Shown here one piece after another: positions 37,800 to 48,300 of a DNA stretch of 64,000 nt; the stretch's first letter is position 1, and each line of letters opens with the position of its first letter. The position numbers were made by a program, and so were the translations under genes. Below the pieces are notes generated by a model, which was not told where the DNA came from, ran no database searches, and saw nothing but the letters and a program-made list of their open reading frames with translations. The DNA is from Candidatus Latescibacterota bacterium (GTDB lineage: Bacteria > Latescibacterota > UBA2968), in the NCBI GenBank assembly GCA_965116885.1, contig OZ220741.1, positions 1,568,001 to 1,632,000 on the forward strand. Reading direction: 5' to 3'.

Positions 37800-39269
37800 T
37801 CACATCTCAGTGATTGTAACTCTTTTTTTGAATGTGTCGAGGTCAATTTTTTGGCTGGCGTAGGCGTCAATGTCGCGTTTGGCAACGCGGAAGAGGATGC
37901 GGTTGCGGTCAGGATGTTTACTAATCCCAGATGTTTTGTCTTTGTTAGTGTAGAAGATTTTGAAGTTGCTACCGCCGATGAGGTTGGTGTGAACGATGAT
38001 GGATTCCTCGGGTGATAAGCCGCGCAGGGTGGGACCATAGTCGGCGAGGGTTTCTATGATCGCGGTTTTGAATGCGTCGAGTCCGTCGCCTTGATCGGAT
38101 TCTTGTTTGTACCAATCGTTCCCAAATAGATTACCCTTTTGTGAGACGAGAAAGAGTGCGCCTATGTCTTTTTGGTAGAAGCCTATGCTTTTGGTGTCAC
38201 TCAAAAAGTGAAGATCCGTATTCTTTTTGAGAACATTGGACAAAATATCGGCCATGATGTCGATTGTTTTGTCGCGTGGGGGCTGCGGTTCATGCTCGCG
38301 AAAGGTGATTCGATCATAGAAGGTTTGTTCGTCAATTTTGCCACGGTTGTATGCTTCAATGTCGCGTTTGGTGACCGTGGCTTGAAAGAAGGTGCCATTG
38401 GAATTGGTAATTTTGAACATTATGTTTTTGGAAATTTCCTCCATCTGTGTTTTCATTCTCTCTATCTGTTTTTCGAACATTACGTTTTTAGAGATTTCTT
38501 CTATTTGTGTTTTGATTTTCTCCATTAATTTTTTGTGGGTTTCGTACGTTTTCTTCAAAGTTGCTATTTGTTTTTTAGAATTTTCCTCCATCAGTTTTTT
38601 CTGAATTTCCTCCATCTTTTTTTGGTGAGTTTCGTACGTTTTTTTTAAAGCCTCCATTTGTTTGTTAGAGTGTGAAAAACTAAAACTGTGGAAGTCGCGT
38701 TCTGCTGATTGCAAGAGAATGGTTACGCGATCATCATCTTTGAGTTGTCCAATAGCATTCCCATAAATGCTTAAAAATTCAGTGAGTTGTTTTTTTATGG
38801 CTTCATTTTGACTTTGAGAGGTATCTGGTCGTTTTTCGACCATAAAAAATTCAAAGATTTCTTCCTCTTCATTTTCACTGCTTTTGTCGTCTCTATTCTT
38901 CTGTATATGAAGAACTTCAGACTCGTCTAAAAAGTCCCATCGACTCTTAGCATTGTTTCTACTCTTCTGTATTTGCCAAACATCCTTGTCGGATATAGCA
39001 ATGTCAACATTTTCGGCACCAGTCGCATGCACTCGGACCTCGTATTTGTGGATCCCGCCGCTGGCGATGAGCAAGACGCCGTGATTTTTGATGTAAAGAC
39101 CGGTTGTGGAAACTTTTTTTTCGTCAAAAAATTGGTCGAGTATGCTTTCCTGAATGGAGAGGTCGCGTTTCATGCGTTTCCAGTCCATGTCGGCGAGGGC
39201 CGAAGTGCAAAAGGCAAAGAGAGCTATTCCCGTAAAGAGGAGGGTTTGCGCGGTTTTTATATGTCTCAT
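37800..39269 (-). CDS. exported hypothetical protein with coiled-coil internal duplications
   Basis: Signal peptide (ALA); repeated LKKTYETH and EEISKN.MF; AAGGAG RBS. Confidence 0.7.
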   Translation of the reverse strand: MRHIKTAQTLLFTGIALFAFCTSALADMDWKRMKRDLSIQESILDQFFDEKKVSTTGLYIKNHGVLLIASGGIHKYEVRVHATGAENVDIAISDKDVWQIQKSRNNAKSRWDFLDESEVLHIQKNRDDKSSENEEEEIFEFFMVEKRPDTSQSQNEAIKKQLTEFLSIYGNAIGQLKDDDRVTILLQSAERDFHSFSFSHSNKQMEALKKTYETHQKKMEEIQKKLMEENSKKQIATLKKTYETHKKLMEKIKTQIEEISKNVMFEKQIERMKTQMEEISKNIMFKITNSNGTFFQATVTKRDIEAYNRGKIDEQTFYDRITFREHEPQPPRDKTIDIMADILSNVLKKNTDLHFLSDTKSIGFYQKDIGALFLVSQKGNLFGNDWYKQESDQGDGLDAFKTAIIETLADYGPTLRGLSPEESIIVHTNLIGGSNFKIFYTNKDKTSGISKHPDRNRILFRVAKRDIDAYASQKIDLDTFKKRVTITEM

Positions 39270-39283
39270 TTTGATTTCTCCTT

Positions 39284-39640
39284 TTAGCGTTGTACAGGCG
39301 TGGGATGGGGCGAGATAAATATAGTATTTATATTCTCATTGGGTCTTAAAAGCAGGTCGCTTGTGGTGTAGATGGCTTTGTCAGCCGGGCGGAGAAGCAG
39401 GTCGCGGGCGTTGGGGTTATGGCGTTCTGAGATAAGAATTCTCACGCGCACGGAATCAGAGATTATTTTGGCTATGGAATCGAGTTGTGTGATATGGGGC
39501 ACTGATATTGTATCGGGTTGCGCGATCTTTATCCGTGTGTCCGATGATAGCGTTTTGTCAGATGCGTGAATATTCCAGACGAGGAATAGCAAGATCGGTG
39601 CTGTCATCAGTGCTGTGAGTTTTCCGATTTCGCGCTTCAT
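39284..39640 (-). CDS. small exported/membrane hypothetical protein
   Basis: N-terminal hydrophobic segment; ATGA overlap in the operon. Confidence 0.55.
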   Translation of the reverse strand: MKREIGKLTALMTAPILLFLVWNIHASDKTLSSDTRIKIAQPDTISVPHITQLDSIAKIISDSVRVRILISERHNPNARDLLLRPADKAIYTTSDLLLRPNENINTIFISPHPTPVQR

Positions 39641-40392
39641 GGGGTTTTTCCTCTTGTGGGTATCGTGCGGTATGGTCCGTTTTGCACAGGTATCTCGTGA
39701 ACTTCAACTGCGTTGTCATAGAGGATGTTTTTAACAGGAGCTATCTGTCGCAAGATGTGGTCGTAGCGGGTTTCCTGTGTGTTGTAGAGGATCTGTAGCC
39801 CGCGGTCAATGCGCAGGAGGTCCTGTTGGCGCTGGGTTTCGAGTTCGCTTACGAGGCGGATGAATGTGTTGTTGATTTCATCGCGTTGCTGGTTTTGCGC
39901 TGCGTGGACGAGGCGATTGGTGTAGTCAATCATGTTTTGTTGGTGGATGATAAATTCGCCGAGGGTGATGGGGGCGTTTAATGTGGAGACTTCAGAGGTG
40001 TCGGTGATGGCGGTTTGTTCAGGCTGGTCGCTGGATCGCAGGCTAATAGAGGTGTGGAATGCGCCGTCTCGTATGGCAAATTCGATGTTGAGAAAGGTGA
40101 AGATGAGGATTGCGGCGATGGCTACGCCTGCAGTTGCCCAGGTTTTGGGGTATCGCGTGGGGAGCAGGTTTTGCCAGAGGGGTTGGCGTTCTTGTACGAA
40201 GACGAGGTCCAGGTTGGGTTTTTCGTCGCCCCAGGCATTGAGGATGCGGGATGTGCTGCCCAGTTTTTCAAGGGTTTGGCTGCATGATGGGCAGGTTTCG
40301 ATGTGTACTTTGAGGCGTTCACGCGCTTCTGGACGGATGTCTTCGTCGTAGAGATAGGCGATGAGTTGTTCGCGGGTGATGTCACAGTTCAT
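39637..40392 (-). CDS. zinc-finger (HC2) anti-sigma factor
   Basis: MNC...HIETCPSC then TM; overlaps the sigma gene. Confidence 0.85.
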   Translation of the reverse strand: MNCDITREQLIAYLYDEDIRPEARERLKVHIETCPSCSQTLEKLGSTSRILNAWGDEKPNLDLVFVQERQPLWQNLLPTRYPKTWATAGVAIAAILIFTFLNIEFAIRDGAFHTSISLRSSDQPEQTAITDTSEVSTLNAPITLGEFIIHQQNMIDYTNRLVHAAQNQQRDEINNTFIRLVSELETQRQQDLLRIDRGLQILYNTQETRYDHILRQIAPVKNILYDNAVEVHEIPVQNGPYRTIPTRGKTP

Positions 40393-40942
40393 AACGCACC
40401 ATGTCCTCGCTGATGTGCCAGCGGTCAAAAATTTTTTTGAGGGCAGAGAGGCCGTAATACATTCTGGATTTGACCGTGTTGATGGGCACTTTGAGTGTTT
40501 CGGCAATTTCGGTGAATTTTAGTCCCTGATATTCTTTCATGATGATGACGACGCGCTGTTCTTCGGGCAAGTTTTGCAGTGCGCGGTTGAGGAGATCCCG
40601 AACGCTTTGTTCGTGAACTATCGCGTCTGGGGGGTTTGTTGTGTCTGCAATAGGGGTGTCGAGTGTGTCGAGGGAGACGAGGCTGCGACGGCGGCCAGCG
40701 TCCCGGCAGGCGTTGAGCGCGATTTGATAGATCCACGAGGTAAATTTGTCGGGGTCGCGCAGGCGCCGCATGTTTTTGTACGCGCGGATAAAGGTTTGCT
40801 GGCACAGGTCGCGTGCGTCGTCTCGATTGCCCACATAGCGCAGGACGAAGTTGTAGATCGGACACTCCCAGCGTTTGACCAGGGTGTTAAAGGCCGCGAT
40901 TTGCCCGGCTCGGAACTGGGCAATCAATTCCGCATCATTCAT
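40382..40942 (-). CDS. ECF sigma-70 factor
   Basis: DARDLCQQTFIRAY, FTSWIYQIALN, EIAETL.VPINTVKSR. Confidence 0.93.
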   Translation of the reverse strand: MNDAELIAQFRAGQIAAFNTLVKRWECPIYNFVLRYVGNRDDARDLCQQTFIRAYKNMRRLRDPDKFTSWIYQIALNACRDAGRRRSLVSLDTLDTPIADTTNPPDAIVHEQSVRDLLNRALQNLPEEQRVVIIMKEYQGLKFTEIAETLKVPINTVKSRMYYGLSALKKIFDRWHISEDMVRYEL

Positions 40943-40988
40943 TAAATGAGAGACCGTGTTGGAGGTTCTGTGTGGTATTCATCTTTCA

Positions 40989-41016
40989 AGACGTTTGGTT
41001 AAGGGAAAAAGTTTTA
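40989..41016 (-). promoter_or_regulatory. putative ECF autoregulatory promoter
   Basis: AAAC-N17-CGTC on the minus strand upstream of the sigma gene. Confidence 0.5.
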
Positions 41017-41088
41017 ATGGTTGTTAAAATTTTTCATATTTTAAAGAAAAGTGTGTCATTGCGTTGAGGTGTTGTAGGGGTGGCTCCC

Positions 41089-41129
41089 GTCATCGCGGCA
41101 TGGTGTTGAGCCGCGATCCAGAAGGTTTT
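41089..41129. repeat. REP-like hairpin copy
   Basis: GTCATCGCGGC..GCCGCGATCCAGAAGGTTTT. Confidence 0.75.
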
Positions 41130-41175
41130 GTTTGTCATTACACTAGCAATCCAGAAAGTTTCACAGAGGTATTAT

Positions 41176-44145
41176 ATGCAAATTCTAATTCTATTCATAG
41201 CTTTTGCGAGCACAGCGAGTTTTGCGGGCGCCAGTGAATTGAAGAACTATTTGTTCGATATGGGTGCTGCAGATTCAAAGGTGGCATCGGGCTATACGCG
41301 GGTGACGCCAGATGATGTCTATACAGCCGAGCGCGGGTATGGGTTTACCACGCGGGTTTCGGGCGCGATTGAAGTCGCGGAGGCGTTTTCCTGGTTTGGC
41401 ACATTGTTGACGGATGGTGTTGGTGGGCGTCATGGGCGTCGGGACTATGCGCGAGAGGGGCTGGTGTTTCGGGTGGATGTGCCAGCGGGGTATTATATGG
41501 CTGAGATCGGCGTGCCCGATGGTCCGGATGCGCGGTCGCTACAGGTTTATGTGAATGGCGTTTTTGCAGCGCGCACGCAGGATAGCCCGATGCGTCAGAG
41601 AGGGTGGGATCAAACGCCGCCGGAATTGTTGCGTTTTCCGGTGTCTGTGTCGGGAGATTCTGTGCTGATTCGCGTTGAGGGTGTGGGCAGTGGCCAGCTC
41701 TATGAGTCGCAGCGGGTGGGGCTGATGTCCGTGGCGTTGCGCCCCAGCTATCCCCATTTGTTTCAACGGGTGGGTGGTCGTTTAGAGGCGGTTGATCCCG
41801 TTTTTGCATTAGAACCCGATTTGCAACAGGGGATTGCCCGGTATGATCGCGGGGATTTTGAGGGTGCTGCGTCGGCTTTTCGAAAGGCGGATGTTGCACC
41901 CTTAGTGAAAGCTGAGCTTTTGTTGTCGATAGCAGGCCATGTGTCTTGTCCGAATCACCGAGATTTAATAGAGGAGGCGCTGGATTTATTAAAAAGAGAT
42001 ACTGATGTTCGCTCTCAAAATCGCGTGCGGGATGTTTTGACTTATTTAGAGGGTCTGGACCGGGTTGAAGCGCGCAATTGGAGTTGGGCGAGAGGAAAGT
42101 TTGGGATGGGTCAGAGTGCCCGCCTGTGGTATGCTCAAGTGCATCTTCGATTGGTTGCGAGCGATCCCGGAGATCCCCTGCGGTTTCGGGCGTTGTACGC
42201 TCTGGGTCAGGTGTATTTCGGGTATTTTATGGAGTTGCATGATGTGCGTTTTGTCGAGGCGTCGGATGAAATTTTTTTGCAGATTCGAGAGGCATTTCCA
42301 GAAGATCAGATGATTCGCATGTATTTGGGCGAGCGTTTCGCTTATGACGATCCCAGATATACCGAAGGCGCAGAAGATGCGCCGGTCTGGGCGGCCAAAC
42401 AGCGCGAAGCGCTCAAGCGGTTGCTCGATGTGATTCATTACTGGACGGATGAGCGGCAGGCTGAGAATGGCGAGATGGGTGGGCATTACGAAGATGATTG
42501 CGAGATGTTTCGGCATTGGCAGCCCGCTCTTTTTGCGGCAGATGATGTCCGCGCGATCAGAGCAATACGGCGTATGGCCGATGGGGTTTGGGATAGCGAT
42601 TTGATTGCGGATGGATATAGCAAGCGCGCGTATGACGTGGAGCATTCTTCAGAGTTGATTTCCGATACGCATCCGATTCTTCTGGCGGCGGAATACGGGA
42701 ATCCGGAGTATGTAGAACGCGCGATGGCAACGGCGCGGGTGATGCGCGATGTGTGGGTGGGTAAGACCGGGCAGGGCAATTTGCATTTTAGGTCAATGCG
42801 TATTGGGGCGTATGATGTGGATGAACGAGTGCCGTATAATGTGGATGTGCCTTATAATGCGCGGGCGGTGAAACCTATTCGCTGGTTGGCCTGGTACAAT
42901 CGACATCCAGAGGCTGTGCGTTTGATTTCGGAGTGGGGGAAAAGCTGGATTGATGCGATTGCGCGAGAGGCAGATGGAAAGCCCGCGGGGGTGATTCCGG
43001 CGGCGATTACGTTTCCAGAGAATAAGCTGAGCGGTCCGGGGGATACGTGGTATGATACGGGGATGGGGTGGCTTTATTCTTTTCCGAGCGCTTCGGGGAT
43101 GATTTACGATCATCTTTTGGCTGTTTGGTGGATTACGGGGGATGAGGTTTTTTTGCAGCCGCACCGCGATGGGCTGGCAATTCTGGAAAATCTGGATGAT
43201 TTACCGGCAGATGCCGAGGTGGGGTCTCGCGCCTGGGCTTTGCGCGAGGTGCTGAGTCCGCAACGCTTTTCGAGCTATCGGTTGCTTACGGGTGATGCGC
43301 GATACGATGCGCTGTTTCGAGAGGGTGGGTCAAGTTATTTGCGCTGGCGATTGACGGGAGATGTGTCGTATCTAATTTCGGGGTGTGAGAATAGTATTAA
43401 TAGTATGCGGATTAACCGCCCGTTTTTGACTTCAGAAGTTTATTTTACGGATCGCGTGTTTGTTCGCGGGGCTGAGCATTTGCTGGCGATGTACACAGGT
43501 GATGTGACCCGGGCAGGCGATTTTCCGAGTTTTGCGGTGACCTGGAAGAATACGGGTGCTGATTTTGCTGCGCTGGTGACAGAGAGTAGCGATAGGGCGC
43601 TTAGTGTGTTGGTTTATAATTTTGAGGCCGAGGAGAAAATCGTGGGTATGCGTCTGTGGCGTTTGAAGGATGGGGTTTATTCGGTTGTCGGCAAAGGGAT
43701 GGGGCACGCAGATGTTTTTCGGCGGGATGGGGTGCGTGTCCGACGGGGAACAGAGGTTGCGATTGATTTGCTCCCACGGCAGTTGATGCGGATTTCGATT
43801 GATCTTACAGGTGAGGTTCAAGAGGTGGCTGAGTATTTGACAGATGCTGGTATTTCCAGGCGCGATGTGGTGGTGGATGGCGATCGGGTGCGGGTTACGG
43901 TGCATAATATTGGCACTGTAGATGTTGAAAATTTGACGGTTGTTCTGTACGATGGTGAGAAGGCTCTGGGGCGCAGGGTAATTCAGAATTTGGAAGCACC
44001 TCTGGATTTGTTGCCGAGAACAAAGCAGGTCGCGTTTTCCATTGGTTCTGATATGCCGGATTCCATTACTGTGGTTCTGGATCCGGAGGAGAAGTTGGAA
44101 GAGATTACGCGGGTGAATAATCGGGTGACTGTGGCTGTGAAATAG
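41176..44145 (+). CDS. large secreted protein: carbohydrate-binding-like N-terminus, alpha-helical core, C-terminal CARDB-like domain
   Basis: Signal peptide; FDMG...GYTRV...YTAERGYG; VTVHNIG...VVLDPEEKLEEITRVNN. Confidence 0.7.
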   Translation: MQILILFIAFASTASFAGASELKNYLFDMGAADSKVASGYTRVTPDDVYTAERGYGFTTRVSGAIEVAEAFSWFGTLLTDGVGGRHGRRDYAREGLVFRVDVPAGYYMAEIGVPDGPDARSLQVYVNGVFAARTQDSPMRQRGWDQTPPELLRFPVSVSGDSVLIRVEGVGSGQLYESQRVGLMSVALRPSYPHLFQRVGGRLEAVDPVFALEPDLQQGIARYDRGDFEGAASAFRKADVAPLVKAELLLSIAGHVSCPNHRDLIEEALDLLKRDTDVRSQNRVRDVLTYLEGLDRVEARNWSWARGKFGMGQSARLWYAQVHLRLVASDPGDPLRFRALYALGQVYFGYFMELHDVRFVEASDEIFLQIREAFPEDQMIRMYLGERFAYDDPRYTEGAEDAPVWAAKQREALKRLLDVIHYWTDERQAENGEMGGHYEDDCEMFRHWQPALFAADDVRAIRAIRRMADGVWDSDLIADGYSKRAYDVEHSSELISDTHPILLAAEYGNPEYVERAMATARVMRDVWVGKTGQGNLHFRSMRIGAYDVDERVPYNVDVPYNARAVKPIRWLAWYNRHPEAVRLISEWGKSWIDAIAREADGKPAGVIPAAITFPENKLSGPGDTWYDTGMGWLYSFPSASGMIYDHLLAVWWITGDEVFLQPHRDGLAILENLDDLPADAEVGSRAWALREVLSPQRFSSYRLLTGDARYDALFREGGSSYLRWRLTGDVSYLISGCENSINSMRINRPFLTSEVYFTDRVFVRGAEHLLAMYTGDVTRAGDFPSFAVTWKNTGADFAALVTESSDRALSVLVYNFEAEEKIVGMRLWRLKDGVYSVVGKGMGHADVFRRDGVRVRRGTEVAIDLLPRQLMRISIDLTGEVQEVAEYLTDAGISRRDVVVDGDRVRVTVHNIGTVDVENLTVVLYDGEKALGRRVIQNLEAPLDLLPRTKQVAFSIGSDMPDSITVVLDPEEKLEEITRVNNRVTVAVK

Positions 44146-44157
44146 AAGGTCTTGGTT

Positions 44158-44197
44158 GTCATCGCGGCAATGTTTAAGCCGCGATCCAGAAGGTTTT
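44158..44197. repeat. REP-like hairpin copy
   Basis: Same orientation as 41089-41129. Confidence 0.75.
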
Positions 44198-44230
44198 TGC
44201 CGTTGGTTTTGTTTGTTATCGCATGGAGAA

Positions 44231-44923
44231 ATGATGTCTTCAAGCGAGTTTGAGTTTTTCGGTTTTGCCCACATCGCTGCGATGGGCGTGATTATCGCTG
44301 TGCCGATTGTTTTGACGCTTGTTGTCAAGCGGGTCGATTCGACGAAGACGACCCAGGCGATTTGCTATGGATTTGCGGGGGTGATCGCGGTCAATGAGGT
44401 GCTGAATTGGAGCCATCGCATAGCGACGGTTGGGGTGCATGAGTTCGTGCGGGAGTATATGCCGTTGCATGTGTGTGGGATTACTGTTTTTGCGGTTGTG
44501 GTTACGCTCATTTTCCGGCGGCAGACGGCTTATGAGATTGCCTATTTCTGGGGGCTTGTGGGCGCGACGAATGCGGTTGTGACGCCTCAACTCGAGTTCG
44601 GCTATCCGCAGTATCGCTTTTTTCAATATTTTATCGCGCATGGCGGTATTGTGGCTGCTGCGCTGTTCGCCACATGGGGCCTGGATATGAGACCTACAGG
44701 CAGGTCGGTTTTGCGCGTTTTTGTTTTGCTGAATGTTCTGGCGATTGTTTTGGTCGGGGTCAATCTGATGCTGGGGAGCAATTATATGTTTCTCTGCCAG
44801 CCGCCTGATACACAATCGCCTTTTTTCTTTTTCCCCTGGCCGTGGTATCTCCTGTTCCTCGATGGCGTAGCACTGGTGTTATTTTACGTGCTTTTTATTC
44901 CTTTCTTGAGGAGAAAGGCATAA
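44231..44923 (+). CDS. TIGR02206/YwaF (TMEM164-like) membrane protein
   Basis: FGFAH, MPLHVC, YFIAHG, NYMFL, PWPWY. Confidence 0.85.
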   Translation: MMSSSEFEFFGFAHIAAMGVIIAVPIVLTLVVKRVDSTKTTQAICYGFAGVIAVNEVLNWSHRIATVGVHEFVREYMPLHVCGITVFAVVVTLIFRRQTAYEIAYFWGLVGATNAVVTPQLEFGYPQYRFFQYFIAHGGIVAAALFATWGLDMRPTGRSVLRVFVLLNVLAIVLVGVNLMLGSNYMFLCQPPDTQSPFFFFPWPWYLLFLDGVALVLFYVLFIPFLRRKA

Positions 44924-44948
44924 AGGCCGATCCGTTGTCGATATACAA

Positions 44949-44978
44949 AAAGCCACGCTCAACTTTGAGCATGGCTTT
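44949..44978. terminator. bidirectional terminator
   Basis: AAAGCCACGCTCAA-CT-TTGAGCATGGCTTT. Confidence 0.7.
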
Positions 44979-44987
44979 AGAACAAGA

Positions 44988-45047
44988 CTATTCCCCGCTA
45001 AATTTGCCAGGATGCTTCACTCGTAAAAACTCCGGATACAGGCGCAT
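44988..45047 (-). pseudogene. probable PIN/VapC toxin stub (19 aa)
   Basis: MRLY... starts 2 nt after the antitoxin stop, resembling the MRLYLD start of PIN toxins, then loses similarity. Confidence 0.45.
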
Positions 45048-45049
45048 GA

Positions 45050-45298
45050 TCAATCATTCCAACTATCGCGTTCAGCTTTTAAATACGTATCTACTTGCTC
45101 GCGCACTGGAGGTGTATGACCACGGGCATTTTGTTTTTTATGAATGTCTGAAAGCACATCGCGCACAGGACGTTTTGAGACTTTTTCCAAAGATTTGACG
45201 ACAACATGTACCTTGCCTTTTGGTATTGGAATGTCCCTATTCAATGTTACTGTGCGGCCATCAATTAGTGTTCCGGTTGCTGTATATGTATCGTTCAT
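45050..45298 (-). CDS. putative VapB-like antitoxin
   Basis: 82 aa, G.L.DG.TV.L beta N-terminus, C-terminal ERDSW; GAGG RBS. Confidence 0.65.
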   Translation of the reverse strand: MNDTYTATGTLIDGRTVTLNRDIPIPKGKVHVVVKSLEKVSKRPVRDVLSDIHKKQNARGHTPPVREQVDTYLKAERDSWND

Positions 45299-45379
45299 AG
45301 CATTCGTTCCTCACCATGTAATCCAAAGTACATATCAACGATTTGGAATATACCCAAAGTTATGCTGAAATGCAATTCA

Positions 45380-48300
45380 ATGCAATACGCAAAATATCTG
45401 ATTCTTCTGATACTTGTGGGCGCGAGTGCGTGTTTTGCGGCGACGCCTTTTACGCCTCGTCATCCAGATCCTGTGCATGAGTCCTGGCGCTGGCGATCTT
45501 TTTCGGAATTGAAGGGGCAGGAGGTGTCGTGTTTGGCTCAGGATGGGGATGGCAATTTTTTATTTGGGACGGATGATGGTATTTATCGCTACGATGGGAT
45601 AAGTTGGCATCTCTTTCCGTTTGATGAGGGGATGGTTGGGGCGCAGATTAACGCGCTTTATACCTCTCGGGATGGAAGTGTTTATGTGGGGTCTGACCGG
45701 GGTATTAGTCGTTTCGAGAATGGGATATGGGAACGGGTTTTTCCATCTGAGGGAGGATGGAATACCTATAATTTTATGGAGGCACGAGACGGGAGCCTGT
45801 GGGCGGGTACGGAATGGGGTGCGCTCAGGTTGATGGTGGATGGGACAAGGTTGTATGTGGCTGCGGAAGATACAACAGGTGTTCGGGAGATGGTATCAGA
45901 TGCCGTAACTTTTGTTGCGGTTCCTTTTTCCGGGCAGAGGTTGATGGTTTATGATGTGTGTGAAGATTCCAACGGAGCGGTCTGGTTTGGGATGTACGAT
46001 GGCGATTTGATTCGGTTTGATTTTGCGTCGGGTTTTCAGCGTTTTAGTGAGGATGATGGGATTGATCAGGGTAAGTATCCGAGGATGTGTGTGACAAAGG
46101 ATGGCGTTGTTTGGGTAGTGTATGGCGATGAGAGCCAGCGCGTCAACCGGTTTGATGGCGAGAAGTGGGAGGCTCTCGAAGTTGGTGATCTGGGTCGCGA
46201 TCACCATTATACGTCTATTCTGGAAAGTCGAGATGGGACGCTCTGGATCGGCGGTAGTCGCTTGATTGCTTATAGGAATGGTATGTGGCGCGTTTATGAT
46301 TCGAAAGATATTGTGTCATTGCCTTTGCACCGTATGGAACTTTTCGAAGCGGCGGATGGCGCGCTCTGGATTATTGAAAGAGAACAGGAAGCTGCGCGTC
46401 TGGATCTGAGTGAGAATTACTTTCAGACTTATGACGGTCTTATTTTTCAGTGTGAGGCCGATGGGGCGCAGTGGTTTATCTCGGAAGATAACGGTGTTAT
46501 GCGTCGTGATGGGCAAGGGTGGACGCGGTTTGGTGTGGCGGACGGCTTGATGGATATGCCGAGTAAGCTGATTGTGACCCGAGATGGCGCGTTGTGGGCT
46601 GCGGGTAGTCACGAGCGTGTCGCCGCTACAGCGCGGTTGGATGGTTCTGAATGGGTTATGGAACGCCATCCTCAGCTTTCATGGCGTGTTGATCCGCGCG
46701 GGGTTTATGAGGCTTTTGACGGCACTTTGTGGTTTGCCGCGGCTGCGGATTGGTGGTTATATGATGGCTTTCTCGGTGGGGTGGTGGTTTTTGATGGGGC
46801 GAGTTGGATACATCATATTCCTCCGATGATGACGCGCTATGCTTATGGGATCGGGCAGAGTTCTGATGGTGTCTTGTGGTTTGGTGGGCGACTGTTCGGT
46901 TTTGACGGGATGCGGGAGGTGCAATTCACAGGCCCGGAGGAACTGACGAATGATTTTATCGATGCTGTCTATACTCAGGGGAACCTGTGGTTGGGGTCCC
47001 GAACTTATGGGGTGTTTCGGTATGATGGGACGGCGTGGCAGCAGTTCGATTATGGCGATGGGCTGGCGCATAATGAGGTGAGAAGTATTTTCCAGGATCG
47101 GGATGGCGCGGTTTGGGTGGGGACAGCAGAGGGTGTTAGCCGGTTTGATGGGCGCACATGGTTGCCACGGGCTTTACCTTCTGGACTTCCGCGCACAGAG
47201 TTTTATGATCCGATTCTCCAGTCTGGAGACGGGGCATTCTGGCTCAATTCTGTATCTGATGTAGATGCCTGGCTCAGACGGTCGGAACCACAGCGAGATG
47301 CAATATCTTATACTCTGCGTACGATCCGATATGTGCCAGAGACGGATCCACCTGAAACCCTGATGACCATTGTTCAGGAAGAGGTCTCTCAGGGCGGAAA
47401 GATAACTTTCGCGTGGACAGGGATAGACGCCTGGCGAAGTACGTTGCGCGAAGATTTGCAATACGCCCATCGTTTGGATGGCGGGGAGTGGTCGCCTTAT
47501 GGTGGGGATACGATCCTATCCTTTGAGGGGCTGGATGTAGGGACGCATACGGTTGAGGTTAAAGCGCGCGATCTGGCGTTTAACGAAGACCCTGTACCGT
47601 CGCTGGTGCAATTCAATGTTGTTCCGCTGGTGTGGCGCCGTCTGTGGTTTATTAGCCTGATTCTGGGGTTTGTGATCCTTACGGGTTATCTGATTTCACG
47701 GATTATTGTCAGGGATCGGAGGCTGCAGAAAGCGAATGAAGATCTTGCATCTGCGAACGAGACGCAACTCCTGCAGTCCGCGCGTCTGGTGTCGCTGGGG
47801 CAGATGGTTGCTGGTGTGGCGCACGAGCTTAATCAGCCGCTGACCGCTGTCGAGACAACTGCTGGGGATATTTCCCTGCGATTGATGGAGGGTATGCCGC
47901 TTGAGACGGACGAGTTGAGGAAGATGATGGAGGATGTTCGAGGTGTGGTCAATCGGATGGCGGGTACTGTTGATCATTTGCGCGTGTTTTCGCGCGATGT
48001 GTCCGAGGAGCCGCGCCAGGCGATGGATGTGAATGAGGTGATACAGAGTAGCTTGAAGTTGATGGGTTCGCAGCTTGAAAGGTACGGGATTGATCTGGTT
48101 CTGGATCTTTCTGGCGCGCTCCCAAAGGTCTGGGGACATTTGCATCCGCTCGAGCAGGTTGTTCTCAATTTGCTGTCAAATGCCCGGGATGCAGTGGATG
48201 AGCGAGCCGAGATGGAGGGGGTGGGGTATGATAAGCAGGTCCGGGTCCGAACGCGGGGTGAGAACGATGCGGTTGTTGTCGAGGTGGAGGATAATGGGGT

